Origin: a virus
DNA length: 64,000 nt
Virus record (IMG/VR): IMGVR_UViG_3300048930_000409
Location: 1 to 64,000 of that record
Strand: one strand, 5' to 3'
Shown: positions 9,172 through 18,018 of the stretch, piece after piece
How the letters are laid out: every line of letters starts with the position of its first letter
How positions within the stretch are numbered: the stretch's first letter is position 1
Position numbers and translations under genes: made by a program
The notes under the pieces: generated by a model
What the model was told of the DNA's origin: nothing
Database searches by the model: none
Seen by the model: only the letters and a program-made list of their open reading frames with translations

Positions 9172-9378
9172 ATGTACGTCCGGCCCAACTTCCCCACCAA
9201 GAAGGCCGTCAAGGACGCGATTGCTGCCGGCCAGGTCGTCACGGTCTTCAACCCCGGCCCGTTTGGCTCTCCCCCGGACACCGGCACGGCCACCGTCGAG
9301 GGGCCGCACTACCCGAAGCCGCACCGCTGGTATGGTGAAGTGACTATCGAGAACGGCCGCGTCACCAGCATCAAATAA
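9172..9378 (+). CDS. small phage hypothetical protein
   Basis: PNFPTKKAVK...VEGPHYPKPHRWY; strongly biased codons. Confidence 0.7.
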   Translation: MYVRPNFPTKKAVKDAIAAGQVVTVFNPGPFGSPPDTGTATVEGPHYPKPHRWYGEVTIENGRVTSIK

Positions 9379-9417
9379 CACAGTGGACATCCCCCGGCTG
9401 GCGGGGGATGATGTCCA

Positions 9418-9572
9418 TGTTGGTTCGTCCCCGGTGGGACACGGAATTCTCCACCCCACCTTGAGTCACCCGTGAGGAGGGTCCGACGATGCGCTAGAGA
9501 CCACGCGATTCACTTCGCGCTTCGGAACACTTGCACGGGGGATGTGGGCTGGGTGCCCCGCCCCCCGTTTTT
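9418..9572 (+). ncRNA. candidate small RNA / minigene transcript
   Basis: TGGACA-17-GATGAT promoter (9384-9412), no convincing ORF, ends in a GC hairpin plus TTTTT. Confidence 0.4.
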
Positions 9573-9596
9573 CCTGAAACGGTTCGGAGGAACCTC

Positions 9597-10103
9597 ATGT
9601 CCGTCACCTATCCCGCGCCCCATCCCTCGGTCGCCGCCCCGCTGCTCGCGGCCGTCGAATCCCTGCTCAACCGCCCCGAGACGCTCGACATGGGCGTCTA
9701 CTATGACACGGACCCGGTCTGCGGCACGACGCTGTGCCTGTGCGGCCAGCTGGTCACCAACCACTACGCCAGTCTCGCGATGCCGGTGCCAGCCGACGTC
9801 GTCAAGACGAACTCCTGGTCGTCTGCGGCCCGCGCCATCACGGCGCTCACCGTGGAAGAGTGCAGTCGCCTGTTCCACACCATCGACTGGCCCGAGCCGT
9901 TCCGGACGCGCTACCGGGCGGCAGACGCCGCCCTCAGCGACCTGTACCACGTGTTCCGGCGACAGCCGGATAGTCCGATGGACCTCCCCATGAATCGGTG
10001 GACCGACCGCGAGCGGGCGGCCTACCGTAAAGTCGCCATGCGTCGGGTGCATATCCTCGCCGACCGCGTGGACGCGTTTCTGAACAACGACGACCACGCC
10101 TGA
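9597..10103 (+). CDS. CGTxxC-motif phage protein (paralog B)
   Basis: LDM..Y...CGTTLCLCG; LFHTIDWP; SD hairpin 9581-9594. Confidence 0.7.
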   Translation: MSVTYPAPHPSVAAPLLAAVESLLNRPETLDMGVYYDTDPVCGTTLCLCGQLVTNHYASLAMPVPADVVKTNSWSSAARAITALTVEECSRLFHTIDWPEPFRTRYRAADAALSDLYHVFRRQPDSPMDLPMNRWTDRERAAYRKVAMRRVHILADRVDAFLNNDDHA

Positions 10104-10114
10104 CCGGGGGTTCC

Positions 10115-10399
10115 ATGTCTGTCGACTTTGCTTGGGCCATCTGGCTAGTGTCCATCGCGTCGAGCAGCATCACGTCGCTCATCGCGGAAGCCGACACGCG
10201 GCAGCGAAACACACGGCTTCTAGAGCGACACCGGGACTCCTATGGAGTGCCCTACCGCCGACCGGGGAACGGCGAGCCGCCCCTGCCGCCGCCCGTGCTG
10301 CTCAAGGCGCATTGGGGGCTTCGCCTGGTCGGTGTCTACGCCATCGCGTCGACTTTGGTCTTGGTCGGGTGGGCAATTCTCACACTGGTGACGGCTTGA
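10115..10399 (+). CDS. two-TM membrane protein
   Basis: hydrophobic N- and C-terminal segments. Confidence 0.55.
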   Translation: MSVDFAWAIWLVSIASSSITSLIAEADTRQRNTRLLERHRDSYGVPYRRPGNGEPPLPPPVLLKAHWGLRLVGVYAIASTLVLVGWAILTLVTA

Positions 10400-10400
10400 C

Positions 10401-10592
10401 ATGCTGCCCAGTAGCGAGTTCCGGCACCTGACCGATACCCAGTTACGCGAACGTGTTCGGCGCTTCAAGATGTACGGACGAAAGTCTGCGGAAGCGCACG
10501 AACGCGTGCGAATGCTGCAAGAGCTCGGCGTCCGGCGAGCGCTCAGGGCCGATGGCCGGTCCGTCATTGTGAAGCCCGAATCAAGGACGTAG
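10401..10592 (+). CDS. small basic hypothetical protein
   Basis: 63-aa ORF in operon. Confidence 0.5.
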   Translation: MLPSSEFRHLTDTQLRERVRRFKMYGRKSAEAHERVRMLQELGVRRALRADGRSVIVKPESRT

Positions 10593-10661
10593 CCGGGCGC
10601 CTGTGTGTCATGATGGGTGGGTCGGGGAATGGACCCCGGCCCCATCCCGGAGGGGATGACC

Positions 10662-11009
10662 ATGTACGAGTTCACCAAACACGGCGGCGTGACTGTCACT
10701 TGTGGCGCGTGCCACGCCCAGACCCCCGCCCACACGACCACGCGCCTCCGCATCGGCGACCCGCCCTCGTGGATGAAAGTCGAAACCGGTCAGTGGGATT
10801 TCTCGCACGACTGCGCGGCGACCCGCATCCTCAAGCTGCCCCGGACGGACACGGTCGATGCCTGCCCCGCGTGCGTCGACCGTCTCGCTCGTCAGCGCCG
10901 CCAGGGCGGAAACGATTACCTGCCGCGCCCGACCGCCCCTCGCATCACGAACAACTACATGAAGGCGATGCCGCGCCTGATCAAGACCGGAAAGGCAGCG
11001 ACACCATGA
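10662..11009 (+). CDS. Zn-finger-like hypothetical protein
   Basis: CGAC...CPAC; SD hairpin catcccGGAGgggatg 10643-10658. Confidence 0.7.
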   Translation: MYEFTKHGGVTVTCGACHAQTPAHTTTRLRIGDPPSWMKVETGQWDFSHDCAATRILKLPRTDTVDACPACVDRLARQRRQGGNDYLPRPTAPRITNNYMKAMPRLIKTGKAATP

Positions 11010-11224
11010 ACGACGGACGCGCACGACGACTGCTGGCTCTGGTCGCCTCTTCCATGACGAACGAGGCGCACCGGACCGCACGGCTGACCCTGATGAAGAC
11101 CGAATGGACGGACCCCACGGCGGCGGATGAAGCGCTGGACCGTCTGGCCCGCCTGACCGGCATGCCCAAGGACACCTGGGCCCGTGCCCTGATCGAAGAC
11201 ATGAGAGGACGGAAGACCGCATGA
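11006..11224 (+). CDS. hypothetical protein
   Basis: ATGA-coupled. Confidence 0.55.
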   Translation: MNDGRARRLLALVASSMTNEAHRTARLTLMKTEWTDPTAADEALDRLARLTGMPKDTWARALIEDMRGRKTA

Positions 11225-11727
11225 ACGACAACCCCTACACTGCCCACCCGGCCCGTGTTAGTCGACTGACCAGCCGAGCCAGCAACCTCGCGGCGGTCCT
11301 TCGGGCCGTCGCGGGAGACACGCCGGTCGCCGGAGAAGACCAGCTGAGACGCGCGGCAAAGCTGTTGCAGCCCGCTGCGGAACAGGCCTACGCCGGACTG
11401 AAGAACGTCCACGGCCGAGTCGAGTACGGGTTGATGACGGCCAGTGTCATCGGCGATGCCAACCCCGAGGGCAAAGCCGCTGCCCGGCGTCGGCGCCAGG
11501 CCGGGCGCAATGCCGCCAACCAAGCGGCACGGGCGGCCCGCCAGGAAGCCGAACGCACCCTGTTGCTGGAAATGGCCACCGTCTTCGACGACATGGCGCG
11601 GCTGGCGCGGTTTGCAGCTGACTCCATGGCCGACATGTCGGGCGCCATCAACACGCTGCGCGAAGCGGTCGGCGTGACGCACCGCGCCATGAAGAACATG
11701 GCCGAGTTCAAGGAGCCCCAGGCATGA
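11221..11727 (+). CDS. helical/coiled-coil hypothetical protein
   Basis: ATGA-coupled, Ala/Arg-rich. Confidence 0.6.
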   Translation: MNDNPYTAHPARVSRLTSRASNLAAVLRAVAGDTPVAGEDQLRRAAKLLQPAAEQAYAGLKNVHGRVEYGLMTASVIGDANPEGKAAARRRRQAGRNAANQAARAARQEAERTLLLEMATVFDDMARLARFAADSMADMSGAINTLREAVGVTHRAMKNMAEFKEPQA

Positions 11728-11966
11728 AGCCCCGCACCTGGCTCCAGACTCAGAACATCCGCCTCGAAGAGTCCGGGCACGAGCTGGCCACGTGGACGCC
11801 CGGCGATGCCATGGGCACGCGCTACCGCATTGTGCGGAAGGGGATGGACTACGACGCCGAAAACTCGGTGTTGACGGCCCTCGGCCGGAAGGCCGCCGAC
11901 ACGATGGTGACGGCCTTCACGATTGGCTTCCACCGAGGACAGTATGCCCCCCGGCGCACCCACTGA
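11724..11966 (+). CDS. hypothetical protein
   Basis: AAGGAG SD. Confidence 0.6.
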   Translation: MKPRTWLQTQNIRLEESGHELATWTPGDAMGTRYRIVRKGMDYDAENSVLTALGRKAADTMVTAFTIGFHRGQYAPRRTH

Positions 11967-11978
11967 CGAGAGGACATC

Positions 11979-12203
11979 ATGGGACCATCCGATCAGATCG
12001 AAGCGTTGACGGAGGAGAACCGTCAACTGACCACCCGCCTGAATGACATGCGGATGCGTCGAGACAACTTGGCCCGTCGGGTCGACTCCCTGAACAACAT
12101 GGTCCGTGCCCAGGACACGTTGATTCAGGAGCAGCACACTATGCTGCAGTCCGTCCTGATGGAGAACCCGACCTACGAACCGCCGAAGGTGTACGGCCGA
12201 TGA
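11979..12203 (+). CDS. coiled-coil hypothetical protein
   Basis: heptad pattern; GAGG SD. Confidence 0.6.
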   Translation: MGPSDQIEALTEENRQLTTRLNDMRMRRDNLARRVDSLNNMVRAQDTLIQEQHTMLQSVLMENPTYEPPKVYGR

Positions 12204-12463
12204 CGACTATCTGGAAATACGAGCTCGACGTCACGGACATCCAAGCGGTGCCCATGCCCGAGGGCGCTGTCATCCGGCACGTCGGACAACAGAATGGCCA
12301 GCTGTGCGTGTGGGCAGAAGTCAACGCGTCAGCCCCGTCCGTCGATCTCCTGTTCGAGATCATCGGCACGGGCAACCCGATGCCTGCGCGCAATCGCACC
12401 TACCGCGGAAGCGTGCAGGTCGGCATCTTCGTGTGGCACGTCTACACGGTGGACGGCCGATGA
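12200..12463 (+). CDS. DUF7352-like phage protein
   Basis: IWKY.L...MP.GA...Q.GQLCVWAEV...FEIIGTG...FVWHVY. Confidence 0.7.
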   Translation: MTTIWKYELDVTDIQAVPMPEGAVIRHVGQQNGQLCVWAEVNASAPSVDLLFEIIGTGNPMPARNRTYRGSVQVGIFVWHVYTVDGR

Positions 12464-12813
12464 AGATCAGAATCAAGAAGCCCGCTGCCGCCCCGGCGCC
12501 TGCGCCACCGCGAGGCATCAAGCACTTGCCGGCCAGGACGGACGCCGAAGGGCTGAAGAACTACCATCGGAAGCCCCCGGTCGACAAGCGCATTTTGCTG
12601 CCGTCAGCCGGAGAAGTTCACGACATGTCGGCAGAACACCTGCTGCTCTGGAGCACGCTGACGTCGGAGTTCAACCGGGCGCTGCGCTTGGAGCGCGCTC
12701 GGCAACAGGCCATCAAGGAAGAAAAGCACGCATTGGCAAAGGTCGAGGCCGACACGCGGGACTCGGCCCTGGTCTACTGCTACGACAAGTACTCGGACTA
12801 CATCCCGTTCTAG
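12460..12813 (+). CDS. hypothetical protein with basic N-terminus
   Basis: MKIRIKKPAAAPAP... Confidence 0.6.
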   Translation: MKIRIKKPAAAPAPAPPRGIKHLPARTDAEGLKNYHRKPPVDKRILLPSAGEVHDMSAEHLLLWSTLTSEFNRALRLERARQQAIKEEKHALAKVEADTRDSALVYCYDKYSDYIPF

Positions 12814-12934
12814 TCGCACGTTTGCAGTATACACCGAACCACTGGCGGTTTATCATTGGTTCATTGGATGCGGGCACGACGTCGGCATCTGACACGAACG
12901 GTTCGGTGAGAACCTGAACACCACGGAGGACATC

Positions 12935-13504
12935 ATGAAGCTCGGCATCGTGAAGAAGGCGGCGGTCAAGACCCCCGCACCGGCGAAGAAGAAAGTGGCC
13001 GCGAAGGCCAAGACCACCGACATGGTGACGGCCTCACTCGAGAACGCCGCCCCGGCCCCGGACGAGGCGTCCGCCCCCGCCGCCAAGGCCGACAAGACGG
13101 CCAAGGCCGAGAAGGCCCCCAAGGCGCCCAAGACCCCGAAGGAGAAGGCGCCGTCGAAGTTCGTCTCCCGCGACGCCCACGCGTTCACGCTGCCGAACGG
13201 CGACAAGTTCAACGACCGCCTGCGCGTGTCCGAGTTCCAGGACCTGACGTTCTACCAGAACGGCACCAAGAAGCTCACGGACGCCCAGCTGGTCGAGCTC
13301 TGGCAGGAGCAGTTCCCGACCGCGTGCGGCGGGGCGTTCAACGTCTTCCACGTCAAGGGTGCCCGCCGCGACTACAACGCGGGCAAGCACTCCAAGATGT
13401 TCGACGGCGTCAAGACCGGCGACCGCGTCTCGGTCGAGTACGACGCCACCAAGGCCGTCGTGCCCGTCCGTGGCAAGGCCGCCCCCACGACCGCGACGGC
13501 GTAG
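12935..13504 (+). CDS. histone-H1-like (K/A/P-rich) putative DNA-binding protein, paralog A
   Basis: KAP-rich N-terminus plus globular FQ...KLTDAQL...FP.A...HV.G.R..YN.G domain; very biased codons. Confidence 0.75.
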   Translation: MKLGIVKKAAVKTPAPAKKKVAAKAKTTDMVTASLENAAPAPDEASAPAAKADKTAKAEKAPKAPKTPKEKAPSKFVSRDAHAFTLPNGDKFNDRLRVSEFQDLTFYQNGTKKLTDAQLVELWQEQFPTACGGAFNVFHVKGARRDYNAGKHSKMFDGVKTGDRVSVEYDATKAVVPVRGKAAPTTATA

Positions 13505-13526
13505 GCCCTCCGACTCCGTCGTCGCG

Positions 13527-13570
13527 CCCGGTGTGCCTTCCCCTCCCAGTCGAAGGCACACCGGGTTTTT
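13527..13570 (+). terminator. intrinsic terminator
   Basis: 14-bp perfect stem cccggtgtgccttc/gaaggcacaccggg followed by TTTTT. Confidence 0.8.
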
Positions 13571-13584
13571 CTCTGGAGATATGC

Positions 13585-13815
13585 ATGGCCCTCAAGTGCT
13601 GCCCCGCGATGGTGGTCACGGTGCTACCTTCACACACGCCGCTGCGGTCGCGCACCATCGAACGCTTGTGCGGTGAGCCGCTCAATCCTGGGGAAGAGCT
13701 GTGCGAGCACCACCGGGCCGAGCAGGCCGAACTGAGCCGAAGGATTGCTCGCCGTAACGCCCAGAAGTTGCAGGATTACATGAAAGGCAAAGCCCGTGCC
13801 AAGACGGACGTTTGA
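13585..13815 (+). CDS. hypothetical protein
   Basis: GGAG SD; Cys/His-containing. Confidence 0.55.
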   Translation: MALKCCPAMVVTVLPSHTPLRSRTIERLCGEPLNPGEELCEHHRAEQAELSRRIARRNAQKLQDYMKGKARAKTDV

Positions 13816-14080
13816 CATCCAGGGTCATACGACAGAAGTCGTGCGCCTGCCGTTCTTCGCGGGTCCGGATGGACACCTCGCGATCGAGGCGCACTTCATG
13901 AACAAGTGTCTGTCCGTGTTGAAGATGGTCTCGTCCAAGGCCGGTGATTCCGATACGGTCATTCACTTGACCGACACACGGCTCATCTACGGGATAGAGT
14001 GTCTGGATTCACTCATTCTCGGGTTGACGGCGTTCCGAGAAGAACTGCAGAAGAGAGCCAACCGTGGCGACATCCGATAG
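13796..14080 (+). CDS. hypothetical protein
   Basis: 94-aa ORF. Confidence 0.5.
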   Translation: MPRRTFDIQGHTTEVVRLPFFAGPDGHLAIEAHFMNKCLSVLKMVSSKAGDSDTVIHLTDTRLIYGIECLDSLILGLTAFREELQKRANRGDIR

Positions 14081-14270
14081 TGGCATTTGCCCGCGCTGCG
14101 GCGAACCGATGCCCCAGGGCGAAGCCGACCACGCCACGGCGTGCATCTACGAGCCGTGCAACGAAGTCTCGTGCAAGGCGTTGCGGAATCCGCTGACCTT
14201 CGATCAGATGACCGACGCCCAGCTGCACTTCCGCTACCACAAGATCGTCATCCCCCGGAGGCGTCCATGA
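14064..14270 (+). CDS. small Zn-finger-like protein
   Basis: CPRCG...H...C. Confidence 0.5.
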   Translation: MATSDSGICPRCGEPMPQGEADHATACIYEPCNEVSCKALRNPLTFDQMTDAQLHFRYHKIVIPRRRP

Positions 14271-14476
14271 CCGTGACTGAATTACATGAACACTTGGAGT
14301 CGATGATGGCTTGCAACCCGGCCATCGCCGAGCTCCCCGTCCGCGTGGTGCGCCCGAACGAAGCTACTCCCGCGACCCCGGTGGACGGGATTGCCTACCA
14401 CGCGTTCCTCGGTGAAGTCGTACTCGTGGCCCAGGTCCCGTACACGGTCGTCGAGCGGGCGAAACCCGGCCTGTAA
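14267..14476 (+). CDS. hypothetical protein
   Basis: MTV.EL...L motif; ATGA coupling. Confidence 0.6.
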   Translation: MTVTELHEHLESMMACNPAIAELPVRVVRPNEATPATPVDGIAYHAFLGEVVLVAQVPYTVVERAKPGL

Positions 14477-14482
14477 CATGTT

Positions 14483-14556
14483 CTGCAGGACACGCATGGC
14501 CCGGCCCGGCCCGTGGTATGGGCGGCGCCCCGTTCGTGTCCTGCAGGACCCCTAAG
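14483..14556. repeat. CTGCAG-bounded dispersed intergenic element
   Basis: 12-bp perfect IR ctgcaggacacg/cgtgtcctgcag; core cataccacgggcc on the - strand. Confidence 0.7.
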
Positions 14557-14570
14557 CCACGGAGGTGGCC

Positions 14571-14822
14571 ATGTCCGACGCCCCCATTCGTACCGTCACG
14601 CGTCGTTTCGGCTTTGACCGCGACGACCTGCAAGCCATCGCCGCCTGGTGGGTCGAGTCCGGCCAGGAACGGTGGGACAAGTCCGCCGAGGCCACGACGC
14701 CGGCTTGCGAGATGGAGATTCAAGACTTCCTGGATGCCTGTGTCCGAGGCAACCTCGCGGCCATCAAGGCAGAGCTCGCTGCCCGTGAGCCCCAGAAGAT
14801 GAAGGTCCGCATCAAGCGGTGA
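14571..14822 (+). CDS. hypothetical protein
   Basis: SD hairpin gccacGGAGgtggc; ends KMKVRIKR. Confidence 0.65.
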   Translation: MSDAPIRTVTRRFGFDRDDLQAIAAWWVESGQERWDKSAEATTPACEMEIQDFLDACVRGNLAAIKAELAAREPQKMKVRIKR

Positions 14823-14903
14823 TTTTGCAGGTGACACCCGCCCCGCCTTTCGACGACGATGGGTGTGGGCGGATGGACCGCCCGACCCACATCGGAGGAT
14901 GTG

Positions 14904-15185
14904 ATGCGAGACGGAATTACGGTACACCCTGGCGGTGGCATGACCATCGAGGGCCCCATCCACATCGAGCTGTACCGGTTGATGGCGACCCGGTCGGCGC
15001 TGAAGCTGGAAGTCCGAACGGGCATGCAGATGTCCCGTGGCCGGTCGGCGGCCTCGGTCGCCCGGACCATCGTCGCGCTGCCAAAGCGCAACAAGGCCGA
15101 GCTGCTCGCCCAGCTGGAGGCGTACATCGAGACGTTTTGCGCCAACAACGGTCTCTCGGCCCCGTCGTGGGTGGGTGAGCGATGA
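14904..15185 (+). CDS. hypothetical early protein
   Basis: ALKLEV.TGM.MSRGRS; SD hairpin 14888-14903. Confidence 0.7.
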   Translation: MRDGITVHPGGGMTIEGPIHIELYRLMATRSALKLEVRTGMQMSRGRSAASVARTIVALPKRNKAELLAQLEAYIETFCANNGLSAPSWVGER

Positions 15186-15580
15186 GCAACATCGAAGTTT
15201 GCCCCAAGTGCTACGGGGCCAAGGAGATCACCATCTTCCGCCAGACGAAGACGTGCGGCATGTGCGGCGGGCGCGGCTTCGTCGTCTATGGCACACCGCC
15301 CCCGGACGGCGCTTACGTCCTGCGCGCGACACCGGCGCCCCCGGACAAGCAAGGCTACCCGCTGGCGGCCGGGGGGTTCGACTTCACCCTGACCATCGAG
15401 GAGTACGCGGACGCGGACCTCGGCCCCGGTCTGCATGTGCGCGTCTGGATTCACCACCCGAACGAGGCCTTTGACTGGAACGGCACGCCCATCGGGACGT
15501 TCCAAGACCTCGAGCACGCGGCGCGGGCGTGCAATACGCTGTTCCCCGCGTATCCCCCTGCATTCGTCACCACGTCGTAA
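15182..15580 (+). CDS. DnaJ-type Zn-finger-like protein
   Basis: CPKCYG...CGMCGGRG. Confidence 0.65.
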   Translation: MSNIEVCPKCYGAKEITIFRQTKTCGMCGGRGFVVYGTPPPDGAYVLRATPAPPDKQGYPLAAGGFDFTLTIEEYADADLGPGLHVRVWIHHPNEAFDWNGTPIGTFQDLEHAARACNTLFPAYPPAFVTTS

Positions 15581-15587
15581 GGAGCGT

Positions 15588-16040
15588 ATGGACACCTCAC
15601 ACACCATGCCACTGGCGGACGCCATCGAGTTGATGGGCCGCGATTGGAACGACTTCACTCCCTGGTACACGGCGCTGGCCGAGAGACATCCGGCCGCATT
15701 CCCGTTGGCGCAGGCACCTATCCGCTGGCTGATGGCCATGCGCGGGTGGAAGTACCTGCGCGACGTCCCTCCGGGCCTGCCGACCCAGACCGGCGTGCCC
15801 CAGGACGCGCAATCCTGGTACGAGCTCAACATCACCGAGCGCCCGTTCCTGGTCATCGTCGGCGAGGTCGTGACGATCCTGTTCCTCGCCGAACTGCACT
15901 ACGAAGCGTACGAGTTCATCCGGCGCGTGCGCGACCTGATCGCGTGGCTCGGCGAGAACGACGACTACGACGAAGGCCAACTGTTCCACATCGTTCAGGA
16001 GTACGTGCGGCCGACAACGGCCATGCGCGAACTCTCGTAG
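15588..16040 (+). CDS. hypothetical protein
   Basis: AAGGAG SD. Confidence 0.65.
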   Translation: MDTSHTMPLADAIELMGRDWNDFTPWYTALAERHPAAFPLAQAPIRWLMAMRGWKYLRDVPPGLPTQTGVPQDAQSWYELNITERPFLVIVGEVVTILFLAELHYEAYEFIRRVRDLIAWLGENDDYDEGQLFHIVQEYVRPTTAMRELS

Positions 16041-16047
16041 GAGACCC

Positions 16048-16293
16048 ATGCCGCCGAAAAAGCTCAACCCCCGCACCAACGTCGAAGCCGCCATGGATTC
16101 CTTGCTACTCGCCGGACAAGCACGGCTGTGCATCGTGGCCACGTTCGACGTTCGGAAGTTGAAGACGTCTGACGTGCTCCAGACCGTCACCGAAGCTCTC
16201 GACGCCCTTCGGAATCAGGGTAAAATCGAGGCCGCCACCATCGAGTGGCCCCCGACCGACCCCCACGTCGAGGACGTCACACACCTGAACTAG
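16048..16293 (+). CDS. hypothetical protein
   Basis: AGGAG SD. Confidence 0.6.
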   Translation: MPPKKLNPRTNVEAAMDSLLLAGQARLCIVATFDVRKLKTSDVLQTVTEALDALRNQGKIEAATIEWPPTDPHVEDVTHLN

Positions 16294-16301
16294 AGGAGCC
16301 C

Positions 16302-16592
16302 ATGCCACACGACATCGTCACAGCCCAGATGTCCCCCACCCAGCGGGACACCATGTACCGACTGGCGAACACCGTCGCAGAAAGCTTGATCGCGGCGGGC
16401 GGCAACGAAGACGTTCGCATCTCGACGGTCGCGCTGCTGCGCGTCATCGCGGCCGTCATGGCGCGAAATCCCTGGGGCCGAGATCCGGTGACGCAGGCGC
16501 ACATCAGTGAGCTGTTGCCGCTGTACGTCCGCGCCGCCATCGAGTCCAACGACGGGAGTCGCATCATCCGACCGTTTTCCAAGTTGGTGTAG
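16302..16592 (+). CDS. hypothetical protein
   Basis: GAGGAG SD. Confidence 0.6.
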   Translation: MPHDIVTAQMSPTQRDTMYRLANTVAESLIAAGGNEDVRISTVALLRVIAAVMARNPWGRDPVTQAHISELLPLYVRAAIESNDGSRIIRPFSKLV

Positions 16593-16680
16593 CCCCGCAA
16601 GACAGGCACACGCCCATCGCTTGACGGTATGATGGGTGTGTGCCGTGGACGGACCCCGGCCCGCATCGGAGGATGCGACG

Positions 16681-17406
16681 ATGAAGAACACGCCCGACCC
16701 GATTGCCGCCCGCATCATCAAGCTGTTCAACATGGCCACCCATGCCAACTCGAATCCCTTCGAGGCGGAGTTGGCCATGACCAAGATGCGCCAGATGATG
16801 GCGGAACACGACCTGTCGCTGGCCGACGTCGAGGCCGCCGCTGGGCGCACCGCCGAAAAGCCCCGCATCGAGATCGTCAAAGTCACGTCCTACACCCGCA
16901 AGGGGTTGTTGGCCCGCTATGACCACGCCATCGCCAACGCGGTCGCCACGCTGACTTCGACGTCCGGGTGGCTTCAGACCCGGTACCAGGGACCGCACAA
17001 GTGGCAGTCCATGCAGTTCATCGGCACCCCGGCCGATGCCGAGCTCGCCGCCCAGTTGTTCCACGTCTTCATCGGCGCCGCCCGCCACTACGCCCGGCTG
17101 GCCTACGGCGGCACGTGGAAGGTCAATCACTCATCCTTCGTGTACGGGTTCGGTAACCGCCTGAACGAGCGGGCCAAGGACTGGATGTCCGTGGTCGAAC
17201 CCGCCAAGCGAGCCCAGTACGGCATGATCTTGGTCGGCAAGTCGGCGGCAATCGATCAGTACAAGAATGAGTTGCTCGCCCCGTTCAAGGATCAGAAGAA
17301 GAAAAAAGTCCGGGACGTCGCCATCAACACCGAGGCGTACTTCAAGGGCGTCGACCGGGCCAACAACACCGACCTACTGAAGTCGGCCAAGATCGGCGGC
17401 CGGTGA
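16681..17406 (+). CDS. DUF2786-domain protein
   Basis: RIIKLFNMA...SNPFEAELAMTKMRQMMAEH; SD hairpin 16662-16677; TATGAT -10. Confidence 0.75.
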   Translation: MKNTPDPIAARIIKLFNMATHANSNPFEAELAMTKMRQMMAEHDLSLADVEAAAGRTAEKPRIEIVKVTSYTRKGLLARYDHAIANAVATLTSTSGWLQTRYQGPHKWQSMQFIGTPADAELAAQLFHVFIGAARHYARLAYGGTWKVNHSSFVYGFGNRLNERAKDWMSVVEPAKRAQYGMILVGKSAAIDQYKNELLAPFKDQKKKKVRDVAINTEAYFKGVDRANNTDLLKSAKIGGR

Positions 17407-17675
17407 TGGGGTGGCTTCTCCTGGCGTTCGTCGCGGCCATCGTGGCGGCGTTCTTAGCGGGCTGTTTGGCCACGGCCGGGAACATGCCCGCGCCCCCGCC
17501 CCCGGACATCCTGCAGGAACCGCCAGCCCCCCGGAAGGGGTGGGTCATTGTGACCGGGCGGGGCAAATCGGCCAAGACGTGGAATTTCCCTGTGGACAAC
17601 GAAGGCGTGGCCATTGGATTATTCACCCAGAAGGGCGGCAATCTGGCCGCCATCACGGATTCGAGGCCTGCATGA
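17403..17675 (+). CDS. membrane-anchored hypothetical protein
   Basis: N-terminal hydrophobic segment ending FLAGC (possible lipobox). Confidence 0.55.
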   Translation: MMGWLLLAFVAAIVAAFLAGCLATAGNMPAPPPPDILQEPPAPRKGWVIVTGRGKSAKTWNFPVDNEGVAIGLFTQKGGNLAAITDSRPA

Positions 17676-17766
17676 AAATCATCCGGTCGTACCGCGAACT
17701 CGCACTCTGGACGGTGGTTCTGGCGCTGGTACTGACGTGGGTCGCTGCTGTGCTGACGGAGCACCT

Positions 17767-18018
17767 GTGATGCCGGGTGCTCCGCGCACGTACGAGCCAA
17801 CGCAGTACCCCATCCCCGGTCAGGATGGGCCGGGCGGCTTCAAGCACCGGTTGGCGCAGTACATCAAAGACCTGCCCGACCACCTCGAGATCGAATACGT
17901 ACGTCAATGGTTACCAGGCGAGGAACGGTTCACCGTTGATTGGCGCGAACAGGCCCGCCGCATCCGGGAGGGTGCCCCCTATGAGCTCACGATTACCATC
18001 CGTGACCGTCGGCGCTGA
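17767..18018 (+). CDS. hypothetical protein
   Basis: GGAG SD, coupled start. Confidence 0.55.
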   Translation: MMPGAPRTYEPTQYPIPGQDGPGGFKHRLAQYIKDLPDHLEIEYVRQWLPGEERFTVDWREQARRIREGAPYELTITIRDRRR

